A DNA stretch of 63,457 nucleotides, filler included, from Saprolegnia diclina VS20 (Eukaryota), in assembly GCF_000281045.1 (NCBI RefSeq). It is 9 parts of 3 records of this genome, joined end to end, with 100 filler letters (N's around TTAATTAATTAA, not from the genome) between each part and the next. Parts side by side here need not be neighbours in the genome. Positions count along the whole stretch, not along the records: positions 1 to 15,554 come from NW_008246076.1; positions 15,655 to 22,645 come from NW_008246076.1; 7 more parts are not named here. One strand, given 5' to 3'. The notes under the pieces are model-generated. The model had not been told where the DNA came from and did no database searches. It saw nothing but the letters and a program-made list of their open reading frames with translations. Positions 10,976-20,699 of this stretch are shown here, in pieces. Position 1 is the stretch's first letter; each line of letters opens with the position of its first letter. The position numbers and the translations under genes were made by a program.

Positions 10976-13609
10976 ATGAACGGAGCATACCCCGGCGGCT
11001 TTGCGCTGGACGCGACCAGCGCCGAGCTGCCCGACGACGCCCATGCGTACGAGCAAGAGATGGCGCTCGACAGGTACATGCAGTCGCCCGACAAGGACGA
11101 CGACGCCGATACCGACGTGGGCAGCATGACCTTTCTGCCGACCTTGGCGCCGCCGCCCGAGACATCGCTTAAAGACGAGAAGCGCCGCCGCCTCCAGGCC
11201 CATCCCATGGTACTGAGCGTCTCAACCGATGGACGCGAGGTTGCTTGCAAGTGTGGCCGCATCGTGCGCCTCAACCCGCCGTGGTACATGCTCAAGTACG
11301 AGCAGCACACGATGAGTCGCAACTGCGGCGAGCCACGGCCGAACCGCAAGCGCAGCTTGGCGCGCACGTCGTCCTTGGCCCATACGTCTGTCGATACGGA
11401 TGTCGATGCGATCTTGGCGCAAGGCGAGCCAGGCCCCGACGCGTCGGTCCTCGACGAACACCGCTTCCGCGTCGCGCAGCAGCTGCGCGAGCACCCGAAA
11501 TTTGTCGCGATGGCGCCTGACGGCCTCTCGATCGAGTGTCGCTGTCAACGGCTCGTGCATCTCGATGGGCCGTGGCAACCGGCAGCGTTCTTTGCCCACA
11601 TCGAGAGCGACGTCTGCGATCGGCCCGTGCAACGCAAGCGCCGCCGCCCGTCGCCGCCGCCGCCACCCTCGACAGTCCTCGCACTGCCGTGCCCCGGCAT
11701 TCGATCGCCCGATGTCGCTGCGTACGTGCGCGCCGCGGTCCAGGTCACGGGCGGTTCCCGGCCCCGGCATACGATTGCGCGGGAGCTCTTTCCGCGTCTT
11801 TTGCCACCCGGTGGGCCCTGCGAGATGGCCAAACTGCTCTGTCCAACCGAGAAGAAGCTACTGCACGATGCGATGCAGCGCGAAGCGCTCTGGTGGATCG
11901 ACAAGGATGCGGGTACGGTCCGGAGTCTCCAGTGCACCGGCGCAGCGACGCGCGCGACAGCCGACGCGACGCGGCTGCCCTGTGCGAAATGCAGTCATTT
12001 GCGGTCGATTCCGTCGTTCCGGACTGCTATTGCCAGTGCCAACAAGCCGCCAAAGGCGCTGCGTCAAACCAAGTTTATACCCAAGAGCCTCGGGCCGGCA
12101 TCGGCCGTCGACGCACTCCTCGTCCATGGCCAGGACGCTTATGTCCGAGAACTCCGCGATTTGCTCGCTCAGCACGCGAGCGATGCGACCACGAGCAGCC
12201 ATGTCTGGCTCCATGCGGCCGAAGTCGGCTTGCGCAACGAACTCGCCGAGCACCCCGTGCTTCTTGCAGTCCTCGAGTGGATCGTCCACTTGAAAGAGAA
12301 GGAGCGGCGCGGCGTCGGCAAGCAAAATATGCCGATTTCACCGGCCTTGGACGCGTTCCATGCGGCACTTGCCGCCCTCTCGGAAGACGCAGCAACGCTC
12401 TTTGGGCTCCACTTTTGCGGCCGGTCCAAGCGCATCAAGTCGCGCAAGACCGATGGACACGTCTTGTCGTTGCTACCGCCGGACGCAGCGCTTAGCGACC
12501 TCATGCTCACGTTGCCACCGTCAGACGACCCGCCTTCGGACAGCGGCGACCACGACCTTTTACCGGACGAGCTCGACGATCCGGTCGCGCCATCTTCGAT
12601 GGTGCTGGCGCAGCGCGAAGCCGCGTGGGCGGTGCATGTTCAGAGTCACCCCAACGAAGAGATCCCGTGCCCCGGCATCACGGCGGTGCACGAATTTGTG
12701 AGCGCGAGCTTTCAGCCCATTGGTGGCAGCCGCCCGCGGTATGTGCTCGCCAAAGACTATGCGCCGGACGCGCTCGTCGACGGCAAGTTTGTGCTGTCGG
12801 CGTTGACGCCGGCGCAAGCCGATCTGATTCATGACGCGGCGTTTCGCGAGTCGCTCTGGCGCATCGACAAGCACGGCAAGTGCGTCCGTAGCCAGCGCTG
12901 CCACCGCAGCTGCACGCGGACCAACGGTGCGTGCGACGCCTGCCTCAGCCTCCACCGCAACGCAACCTTTCGATCGGCCGTGAGCCGCGCCCGGAAAAAG
13001 GCGGCCGACCCCGCGTCTGTGCTCGCGAACGTCCGGTTCACGCCGCACGCGTTCACCAAACACGACCCGCTCTTGCGCGCCGTGGCCAGCAACGCCAGCC
13101 TTCGGTCGCTCGTGCTCGAACCACCGCGCGACGACCGCGGCATCTTTTGGCTCAAGCTCGCGCGCTTGGGCCTCGCGGGCGCGTTCCGTGAGTTTTGCGT
13201 TGTCGAAGGCGTTTTGCAGAGCGTGCTCGACGTCAAAGACAAGGCGCGGCGCGGCGTCGGCAAGCAAAACATGAACTACACGCCGGCGCTCGACGCGTTT
13301 CTCGACGAGCTCGCGGTGACGTCGCTGCCAGCGTTCGAGCTTTTCGCTGGGCATTTCTGCGTGCGCTCGCTGCGCTCGAGCAAGCTCGTGCAAAAAAGGA
13401 AGCGGCGCAAGCTCGACGATGGACTCGCCGATGAGCCCATGGCGATGCCGGCCATCTTGATGTACAGCGACGACGAGGCGGGGCCGACCAGCAGTGACCG
13501 GCTCCTCACGGATGCGTTTCTCGGTACATCCGAGAGTGCACTTGGCCTCGCGTCGGCCCTTGCGCGTCTTGATACTGACATCGCCGGGAATGACGTCATT
13601 TCGCTGTAG
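10976..13609 (+). CDS. Uncharacterised intronless protein with two duplicated Cys/His-rich modules, probably nuclear
   Basis: Long ORF with genome-typical codon use. Module A (HP..DG..CxC.R.V.L..PW....H..S..C) occurs twice; module B (PCPGI..GGSRP..LW.IDK..VRS..C..CxxC..FR.A..RRGVGKQNM..LDAF) occurs twice; basic KRRR/KRKRRK stretches. Confidence 0.8.
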   Translation: MNGAYPGGFALDATSAELPDDAHAYEQEMALDRYMQSPDKDDDADTDVGSMTFLPTLAPPPETSLKDEKRRRLQAHPMVLSVSTDGREVACKCGRIVRLNPPWYMLKYEQHTMSRNCGEPRPNRKRSLARTSSLAHTSVDTDVDAILAQGEPGPDASVLDEHRFRVAQQLREHPKFVAMAPDGLSIECRCQRLVHLDGPWQPAAFFAHIESDVCDRPVQRKRRRPSPPPPPSTVLALPCPGIRSPDVAAYVRAAVQVTGGSRPRHTIARELFPRLLPPGGPCEMAKLLCPTEKKLLHDAMQREALWWIDKDAGTVRSLQCTGAATRATADATRLPCAKCSHLRSIPSFRTAIASANKPPKALRQTKFIPKSLGPASAVDALLVHGQDAYVRELRDLLAQHASDATTSSHVWLHAAEVGLRNELAEHPVLLAVLEWIVHLKEKERRGVGKQNMPISPALDAFHAALAALSEDAATLFGLHFCGRSKRIKSRKTDGHVLSLLPPDAALSDLMLTLPPSDDPPSDSGDHDLLPDELDDPVAPSSMVLAQREAAWAVHVQSHPNEEIPCPGITAVHEFVSASFQPIGGSRPRYVLAKDYAPDALVDGKFVLSALTPAQADLIHDAAFRESLWRIDKHGKCVRSQRCHRSCTRTNGACDACLSLHRNATFRSAVSRARKKAADPASVLANVRFTPHAFTKHDPLLRAVASNASLRSLVLEPPRDDRGIFWLKLARLGLAGAFREFCVVEGVLQSVLDVKDKARRGVGKQNMNYTPALDAFLDELAVTSLPAFELFAGHFCVRSLRSSKLVQKRKRRKLDDGLADEPMAMPAILMYSDDEAGPTSSDRLLTDAFLGTSESALGLASALARLDTDIAGNDVISL

Positions 13610-13862
13610 ATACAGGCGCAGAGGGTAATGAATGGACTCTCATTTCGCGTTCATTTCTTGGCGAGCGACCTTCTAGCTGTATGGGGATCGATAGAAGCGA
13701 GGCTGGGTGTCGGAGCGTTGCCGTCGACGCTCGTGACGACAGGTAGCTGCATAACGCAACAAGAAGCGTCAGATGGATGTCGCTGGTCGAGAGGCGGAGT
13801 AGGGGTAGGGTCCTTCACGTTTAGCGAGACGTAGCGACCAACCCTGCGCTCGATTGTGTTTT

Positions 13863-13883
13863 AAACATGTTTTAAACATATTG
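13863..13883. promoter_or_regulatory. Candidate promoter element AAACATGTTT-N-AAACAT.., upstream of ankyrin-like paralog 1
   Basis: Same bipartite palindromic motif recurs at 15484-15504 and 20266-20286. Confidence 0.45.
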
Positions 13884-13925
13884 AGAGATCCGTCAAGCTC
13901 GATCGACGGACGCAAGTCGGAAGAC

Positions 13926-14885
13926 ATGGTCTACCTCGATGTATTCACGAGCGCGCCGCTTCTGCCGCTTATCGCAGCCTACCAAGCGGGCGTCAACCAA
14001 GACGTACGCATCCTCACGCGCCTCGGCCACACCCCACCGGACGGCGACCTCGAGTCCTTGCATACGGTGATGGCACCGTGGCTTGCTCGCGTAGGCTTTC
14101 GCTTCGTGCGCCAGCTGTGCCCAATGCTGCTGCTTAGCTACGCGCTCGAGTATGGTCGCGTCGACGTCGTGCATGAGCTCATCGCGACGAAGCTCTTGTA
14201 CGTCACCAGCACGCGCTGGGCGCTTCTCTATGGGACGTGGCGGTGCTGCATCGGCAAGCACATGCATTTGCAACGGCACTACACCGCGGACCGCGACGGG
14301 CATGTCTACGACGGCGACGGCTCGTATCGCTACGCTATATGTGGCAACGGAGCGTGCATTGCCGGCTCTTTGCACCACTTTGCTGTCGCGGCCATTCTTG
14401 GCGACCACGTCGACTTGCTGCAATTTGTGACAGCCGAGAGCAGCTTGGGTGCGTATTCGCGGGCGCTGGTGGCGCTTGCGCTTCGCGGTGGCCGACTGTA
14501 CATCGTGCTGGACCTCTACGAGCGGGGCGTGATCTCGGCCTTCAAGGCCCACCACATGCGGCTTGCGGTGATGAGCGGCAGTGTGGACCTTGTGGCGTTT
14601 CTCTTGGCCAACAGTTCGAGCCGCATGATCGCCGACGCGTTCGCACAAGCGGTGACCCAGAACCAGTTTGCACTCTTGCAGTGGCTCTGCGCCAAGTACG
14701 ACAACAAGACGTATTGGGCCATCGCGCTTGATATCGCAGTCACTCATGTGCAACAACATGTGATTGCGTACTTTGCAGCGACGCACGACCTCCACCTTGC
14801 GCCGGCCAAAGCTGCGCGCATGGACCGACGCCGCAAGCGCCACAACAACGAGAAGCCGGCCCGGCAGACACGGTTGCGCAAGTAG
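13926..14885 (+). CDS. Ankyrin-like helical-repeat family protein, paralog 1
   Basis: ALEYGRVDVVHEL, AILGDHVDLLQF, AVMSGSVDLVAFLL repeats; C-terminal RRRKR...RQTRLRK; clearly homologous to 19253..20209. Confidence 0.8.
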   Translation: MVYLDVFTSAPLLPLIAAYQAGVNQDVRILTRLGHTPPDGDLESLHTVMAPWLARVGFRFVRQLCPMLLLSYALEYGRVDVVHELIATKLLYVTSTRWALLYGTWRCCIGKHMHLQRHYTADRDGHVYDGDGSYRYAICGNGACIAGSLHHFAVAAILGDHVDLLQFVTAESSLGAYSRALVALALRGGRLYIVLDLYERGVISAFKAHHMRLAVMSGSVDLVAFLLANSSSRMIADAFAQAVTQNQFALLQWLCAKYDNKTYWAIALDIAVTHVQQHVIAYFAATHDLHLAPAKAARMDRRRKRHNNEKPARQTRLRK

Positions 14886-15655
14886 CACCGACGCCGTCGT
14901 GTCGATGCACGCAACGTTAAGCTTGATGTCTATCTATCTATCCATCTATCTATCCAAGGCGCAGTATATTCTTGGTATGACGCTTCCCAGAATGCACGCC
15001 GACTCGGCACAAGGAAATAAGAACAATGGCTTATTCCCTTGACTTTGCACTACCTGCGGCTAAACGTAGAGTACGTCCGTGATACTGACAGCCCCATATT
15101 TTTGAATCGATCCAATAGTCTCAGAATTCGATTCCGTTGGAGGCTTAGGATTCCAGTTGCACGCGGCAGCATGCACCACAAAGAAGCCGTCGAGGACGCT
15201 GGGGCAAGTGGGAATGATCTTGTCGAAGTTCCCAAAGAACCGAAGAGTCCGTTCATGGTTGTGACGAGCGATCGTGTGCAGTCGTGGGTGGGATAGGGCG
15301 TGAAATTATATTTGTCGCTAATGCTGAAGAAGCCTCGGCGCACGAGACATCAAAGTCTCTTAAGCAATAGCCCAGGACCGCTATTTGCCCTACCTGGCAA
15401 CGGCGGTAGCCGCCCCACTTTTGAATAAACCAACGCGATGTGAACTCGGTGCTTCCTTCTCGCACCTGACCAGAAACAGTTTTAAACATGTTTCAAACAT
15501 GCACTTGTGCTACTCTGTTTCAAATCCACCGGCGCAAGACGCAAGCCAACTGCANNNNNNNNNNNNNNNNNNNNNNNNNNNNNNNNNNNNNNNNNNNNTT
15601 AATTAATTAANNNNNNNNNNNNNNNNNNNNNNNNNNNNNNNNNNNNNNNNNNNNC

Positions 15656-16171
15656 GTCGTCGCTTATGTCGACGGTGGGCCGCTGATTTACGCCTCGACA
15701 ACGTACACCGTTGGCGACCCCATCACTCCGTTCGGCTTGGGCGGCAACGCCGTCGCTGCCTGGGGCGACGCAGACGCGATTTGTATCAACCTTGCGTCCG
15801 TTACCTTCTGCTTTACACGCAATTTGGGCGTCGGCACGTTGGACGGCAACATGGTCGACATCGCTGTGAGCGGTACGACGGTGTACGGTATCGACGCCAC
15901 TGGTACACTCTCGAAAGGCTCGCTCACAAGCATTACACAAAACACGGCGTCGTGGGTGGCAATGGCCAATGCGCCGGCGCTGAGCGACGTCTCGGCGGGT
16001 GGCGGGCGCGTCTGTGGCGTCAAGAAGGCCGACAAGAAGATCGTGTGCTCGACCGACGGCGCCACGTGGACGCAGCTGCCAGGTGCCAACTGGGTGCACG
16101 TCGCGGCATTTGGCAACAAAGTATACGCGACCGACAGCAACAACGCTCTCAAGTCGTATACGTTCGCGTAG
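15656..16171 (+). CDS. Tectonin/tachylectin-like beta-propeller protein, 3' part (5' end in gap)
   Basis: Frame open from gap edge; repeats MVDIAVSGTTVYGIDATG, LSDVSAGGGRVCGV, WTQLPG.NWVHVAAFGNKVYATD. Confidence 0.6.
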   Translation, partial: VVAYVDGGPLIYASTTYTVGDPITPFGLGGNAVAAWGDADAICINLASVTFCFTRNLGVGTLDGNMVDIAVSGTTVYGIDATGTLSKGSLTSITQNTASWVAMANAPALSDVSAGGGRVCGVKKADKKIVCSTDGATWTQLPGANWVHVAAFGNKVYATDSNNALKSYTFA

Positions 16172-17146
16172 TCGATCTCGAAACCAGTGCTTTCGTCAGC
16201 ACAAGGGTCGCCGGGTTCCCAATATACTGTAGCACGGTTCAAAATCGAGTGCTCTTTTGCATACTTTCGAGTGGTTAGGGTTTTTCGGTGTTGAGGGTGG
16301 GGAGCGGAGTACGTGGGTGGTAAGTAGGCACTCAGGTAGCACGGATTCCACGGATTTCAAAGGTCGGGATGTCGAGGAGGAGGAGCGCCGGAGGCGCGTA
16401 GGGGAAAAGGAAGACGTGCGATGCGAGGTGGACGAGAGCGATGGTGGGGATTAGGGCTATTGGGCACCACTCCAAAGTCTGCAAAAACCACTCGCAGACC
16501 CCTTTAAATTTACACTAAGTTTATTCATCCAGCCATCGATGCCAGTGTTGGACTAAGATCATAGATGCGTCCAGTGTTGTGAGGCTGCGTGCGCGATGCG
16601 GTCCGATGACACGGCACGTACATGAGATTCTTGACACACATTGTTGCTTCTGCGAGGCAGAATTATGGCCAGACGCCCGAGCTCCCACTATGTGAGCAAC
16701 TACATCGTCTTGTGGTGGGGCCTCGGAGGGCGACGTGGACAATGCACAACGCCTTACTATTGAAGGTAGGGGCACCACGGCTCGGCTCCAACAGCTGAGC
16801 CGCGGCTTGAGCCAAAAGTGTGACCAGCTCAGGATGCATTTTTCGAGCTGTCTCCTAGCCGGGGTCAAGTCGAGCCCTAATTGAAGGTATGCCGACCACG
16901 GAAGAGGGCGGGCGAGGAGCGGGCGACCGAGGCCGTGGCGTCGTTGAGCAAACAGTTAGACACAATCCGCCCACTTCGCGATGCCATTGGCTAAAAATCA
17001 CCGAATGATATATGGCAAACCGCGACGTCGACTTGGGATTGGCCAAAAAGGACCCTCACGATTGACACGCATGCAGGAACCGATGGCACACGTCGTGCAT
17101 GCAATGATGTGGTCATCACAGCCTTGCGATGCGGGATACTTTGCGA

Positions 17147-17230
<84 letters not shown>
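17147..17230. repeat. (ATAG)21 perfect microsatellite
   Basis: 84 nt of uninterrupted ATAG repeat. Confidence 0.98.
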
Positions 17231-17231
<1 letters not shown>

Positions 17232-17264
17232 GAACGCGACCTTTTACAGTCCACGGTGCCGATG

Positions 17265-17889
17265 CTAGTTGCGCGACCGCGTCTGCCGGGTGGGAGCGTC
17301 TTCGTCGTGGCGCTTGCGGCGTCGGTGCACGCGCGCTGCTTCGTCTGGCGTAATATGAAGGTTGTGCGTCGTTGCAAAGTACGCGATCACGTCATGTTGA
17401 AGGTCGGCGACCGCGACTTGTAGAGCAATGCGCCAGTACAATGGCTCGTTGTACGTGGTGCAGAGCCACTTTAAGAGTGCAATCTGGCATTGGGTCGTAG
17501 CTTGCTTGAACGCCTCTGCGACCATGCCGTGGGAGCTGCTGTCCAAAAGAAAAGCCACGAGGTCCACACGCCCGGTCGCGACTGCAAGCCGCATGTCGCG
17601 GGCCTTGAACTTGGAAATCACACCCTTCTCAAACAGGACCTGCACGACGCAGAGTCGACCGGCGCGCAGCGCAATTGGTTTCAAGCTCGAGAGGGCCGGA
17701 CTGTCATCGCTCTCGATGGCAAAGCGAAGCAAGTCGACGTGGCCGCCGAGACAGGCAGCGACGGCAAGATGCCGCATGTGACCGGAAATGGACGCTCCGT
17801 TGCTGTACATCATGCCGCGATACCGGTAAGTGTCACGGCCGCCTTCGTCGTGCACGAACCATCGGTTGGCGTAGTGGTATTGGACATGC
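17265..17889 (-). CDS. Ankyrin-like family paralog 2 (5' part in gap)
   Basis: HLAVAACLGGHVDLLRF...AVATGRVDLVAFLL...RRRKRHDEDAPTRQTRSRN aligns with paralogs 1 and 4. Confidence 0.75.
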
Positions 17890-18378
17890 NNNNNNNNNNN
17901 NNNNNNNNNNNNNNNNNNNNNNNNNNNNNNNNNNNNNNNNNNNNNNNNNNNNNNNNNNNNNNNNNNNNNNNNNNNNNNNNNNNNNNNNNNNNNNNNNNNN
18001 NNNNNNNNNNNNNNNNNNNNNNNNNNNNNNNNNNNNNNNNNNNNNNNNNNNNNNNNNNNNNNNNNNNNNNNNNNNNNNNNNNNNNNNNNNNNNNNNNNNN
18101 NNNNNNNNNNNNNNNNNNNNNTGGACAATAGTACGCAGGCACAGCACCAGCCCGATCGGCCCTCCACCAACACGTACATGTACCTCAGGACCCTAATCCT
18201 ACTCCTACCTTACCTGTCGCAACCAGGGCTACATAATATGTACCCCTGGTCGCAGCAGAGCACACATGCACAATGCCACAATACCAAGATTGATGAGCTG
18301 ATACATTGATAGACTGATAAGTTGATAGAATGATCGAGTGCCAGATAACGCACAACTTTGCGTGCTCATACTGCGAGA

Positions 18379-19130
18379 ACCGCAATCGCGTCTGCCGGGT
18401 GGGCGACATGCTGTCGTAGTGCTTGCGATGCAGACGCGTCGAGCTACAAGAGATGGAGGTCGTGCGTCGTTACCAAGTACGCGATCGCGTCAAAGTGGAG
18501 GTGGTGACGGTAGCCCAAAACGCCCGACTCGGGACGTTGGCGCAGAGCCACTGGAGAAGCGCAAGCTTTTTTTGGGCTGCAGCTACACGAACGTCATGTC
18601 ATCTGAACTCTAAGGGAAACGACGTCCGCACTGCTGCTTGCCAGCTGCGCATGCCGGGCCGTGAAGGTGGAGATACCGCCGTGCTCCAAGAGGTCCTGCA
18701 CAGTGCAGAGTCGATCGGCGCGTAGTGCTATTAGTTTCAATCTCGAGAGGACCGGACTGTCATCGCTCTCAAATGCAAAAGGAAGCAAGTTGATGTGGCC
18801 ACCGAGACAGGTCACGACGGCAAGGCGGTAAACAGAGCCAAACATGCTAGAAACATGCCGTCGAGATCGAAGAAGTGGCCGTTGTCGAAGTGCACGCCGT
18901 GACGTCGGCGTACTAGTACTCGCGTTGCAAATGACGGTGCTTGCAGGCGCAGTCGGTCCAGACCCGATATGCAGAGACCACCAGCGTTGGCTGCTAATCG
19001 AATGGCGCGCTTCACGCGGCAGCCGCCATCGTCGTGCGTCTCAGCAAACGGTTCAAAGGGCCATTATCCAAGCTGTGGCTATCAGGCTCTGGGGCGAGCT
19101 TCAGTAAGCTGGGTGCAAAGCTGGGTCGGC
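18379..19130 (-). pseudogene. Degenerate ankyrin-like family paralog 3
   Basis: Fragments LAVVTCLGGHINLLPFAFESDDSPVLSRLKLIALR and PTRQTRLR lie in different frames with deletions; boundaries approximate. Confidence 0.7.
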
Positions 19131-19252
19131 GGGTAGCTGGCGAAGAGGGATACTACAGTACGTTGCGAATACTTGGATAGATGGATGGATTGGTGGATAC
19201 TGCATAAGATCTTCGAGCAACCTTATCTTGGCGAGCCGCGACACATGGCGCG

Positions 19253-20209
19253 CTACTTCCGCAACCGTGTATCCCGAACGGGCAAATCTTTGGCGATGCG
19301 CTTGCGACGTCGTTGCACCCGCGCAGCTTCGGCTGGCGTCAGATGAAACTCGGGTGCCGCTGCAAAGTGCGCGATCACGTCATCTCGGAGGTTGGCAGCA
19401 GCGATCTGGAGGGCCATGAGCCAATACGTTTGGTCGTGGCACGTGGTGCAGAGCCGCTGAAGAAGCACAAGTTGGTTCTGGATGACCCCTTCTCGGAATG
19501 CCTCTGCCACCATGCTCCCAGCGCTGTTTTCCAAGAGAAAAACCACGAGGTCGACGCTGCCGCTCGTGACGGCATGCCGGACATCGTCGGCCGTGAAGAC
19601 GAAGATCACACTCCGGGCCAAAAACTCCTGTGCAATGCAGGCTCGGCCGGCGCGCAGGGCAATCGCTAGCAACGTCGACGGATATGGAATGACGTCGTGC
19701 TTCAAGGCTCGTCGAAGCAAGTCGACGTGGCCACCGAGACAGGCAGCGACGGCAAGGTGCCACAAGTGACCGACCACGCACAATTTGCGGTGGTCCAAGC
19801 TTATCGGACCGCGAATGCGGTCATACTCGTAGCACACGTCCCATGCATCGGCGTACGACCGCTGCAAATGCCGGTGCTGGCCAATGCAGCGCGTCCATTT
19901 TCCGAAAACAAGATGCCAGGAATCGACCGTGAAGAACATCATCTTCGTCGCCATGAGCTCGCGCAAGAGATCGACCCGGCCATACTCGAGCGCGTAGCTA
20001 AAGACGAGCGACGGGCACAGCTCATGGATGAAGCGCAAGCCGACGCGATCGAGCCACGGTGCCATGACTGCGTGTACAGGCCCGAGGTCGCCGTTCGCCG
20101 GGTTGTGGCCAAGGCGCGTGAGGACGCAGACGTCTAGGTTGACGCCCGCTTGGTAGGCAGTGATGAGCGACAGGAGCGGCGCGCTCGCGAGGACGTCGCG
20201 GTAGCCCAT
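19253..20209 (-). CDS. Ankyrin-like family paralog 4
   Basis: MGYRDVLASAPLLSLITAYQAGVNLDV...ALEYGRVDLLREL...RRRKR...RDTRLRK, collinear with paralog 1. Confidence 0.8.
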   Translation of the reverse strand: MGYRDVLASAPLLSLITAYQAGVNLDVCVLTRLGHNPANGDLGPVHAVMAPWLDRVGLRFIHELCPSLVFSYALEYGRVDLLRELMATKMMFFTVDSWHLVFGKWTRCIGQHRHLQRSYADAWDVCYEYDRIRGPISLDHRKLCVVGHLWHLAVAACLGGHVDLLRRALKHDVIPYPSTLLAIALRAGRACIAQEFLARSVIFVFTADDVRHAVTSGSVDLVVFLLENSAGSMVAEAFREGVIQNQLVLLQRLCTTCHDQTYWLMALQIAAANLRDDVIAHFAAAPEFHLTPAEAARVQRRRKRIAKDLPVRDTRLRK

Positions 20210-20699
20210 GTTCGTCGCGCGGCTGCAACCGATTTGAAATGACCACAAGTGGTAAAATGAGTATAAAACATGTTTGGAACATGTTTACATATATCTTGTT
20301 TCCTCGACGCCAGGGACCACTTTATATTGGACACTGTACGAAGGTTGTCTAGCTCGTGGTAGACACTAGGTCAATATTATAAATACGAGGGTACACTGTA
20401 GCTGTGTCCTCGCGTTCCGTCCGAGCAGAGATCACCCCGGCTCTGGGAACCCCAGCCCTAATCTGGCATTTCAAGCATGTCATACTCTGCAACGTGGTAG
20501 TTTGTTCTCCATCGTTCGATGTGGATGATATATCAATGACTAGGGTTATGCATAGCTTATATTTTTCGATTGATCATGCTAGCATGACAGTATTGTGTAC
20601 ACTGATGGTCATAGGCGTTCTCGCTCCCACGGTGCCGTCCAGGGTTACTACCGTCGACAGAGCTCCATGGCGCTGTATATATTGGACAAAAAACGTCCA

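Noticed and set aside
15599..15610. TTAATTAATTAA recurring at ~15599, 22690, 37668, 56992, 58336, 59717, 60953 and 62233
   Set aside because: Always centred in N runs and gives stops in all six frames: an assembly linker, not biology.
16991..17377. ORF with LSIY repeats
   Set aside because: Translation of the (ATAG)n microsatellite.
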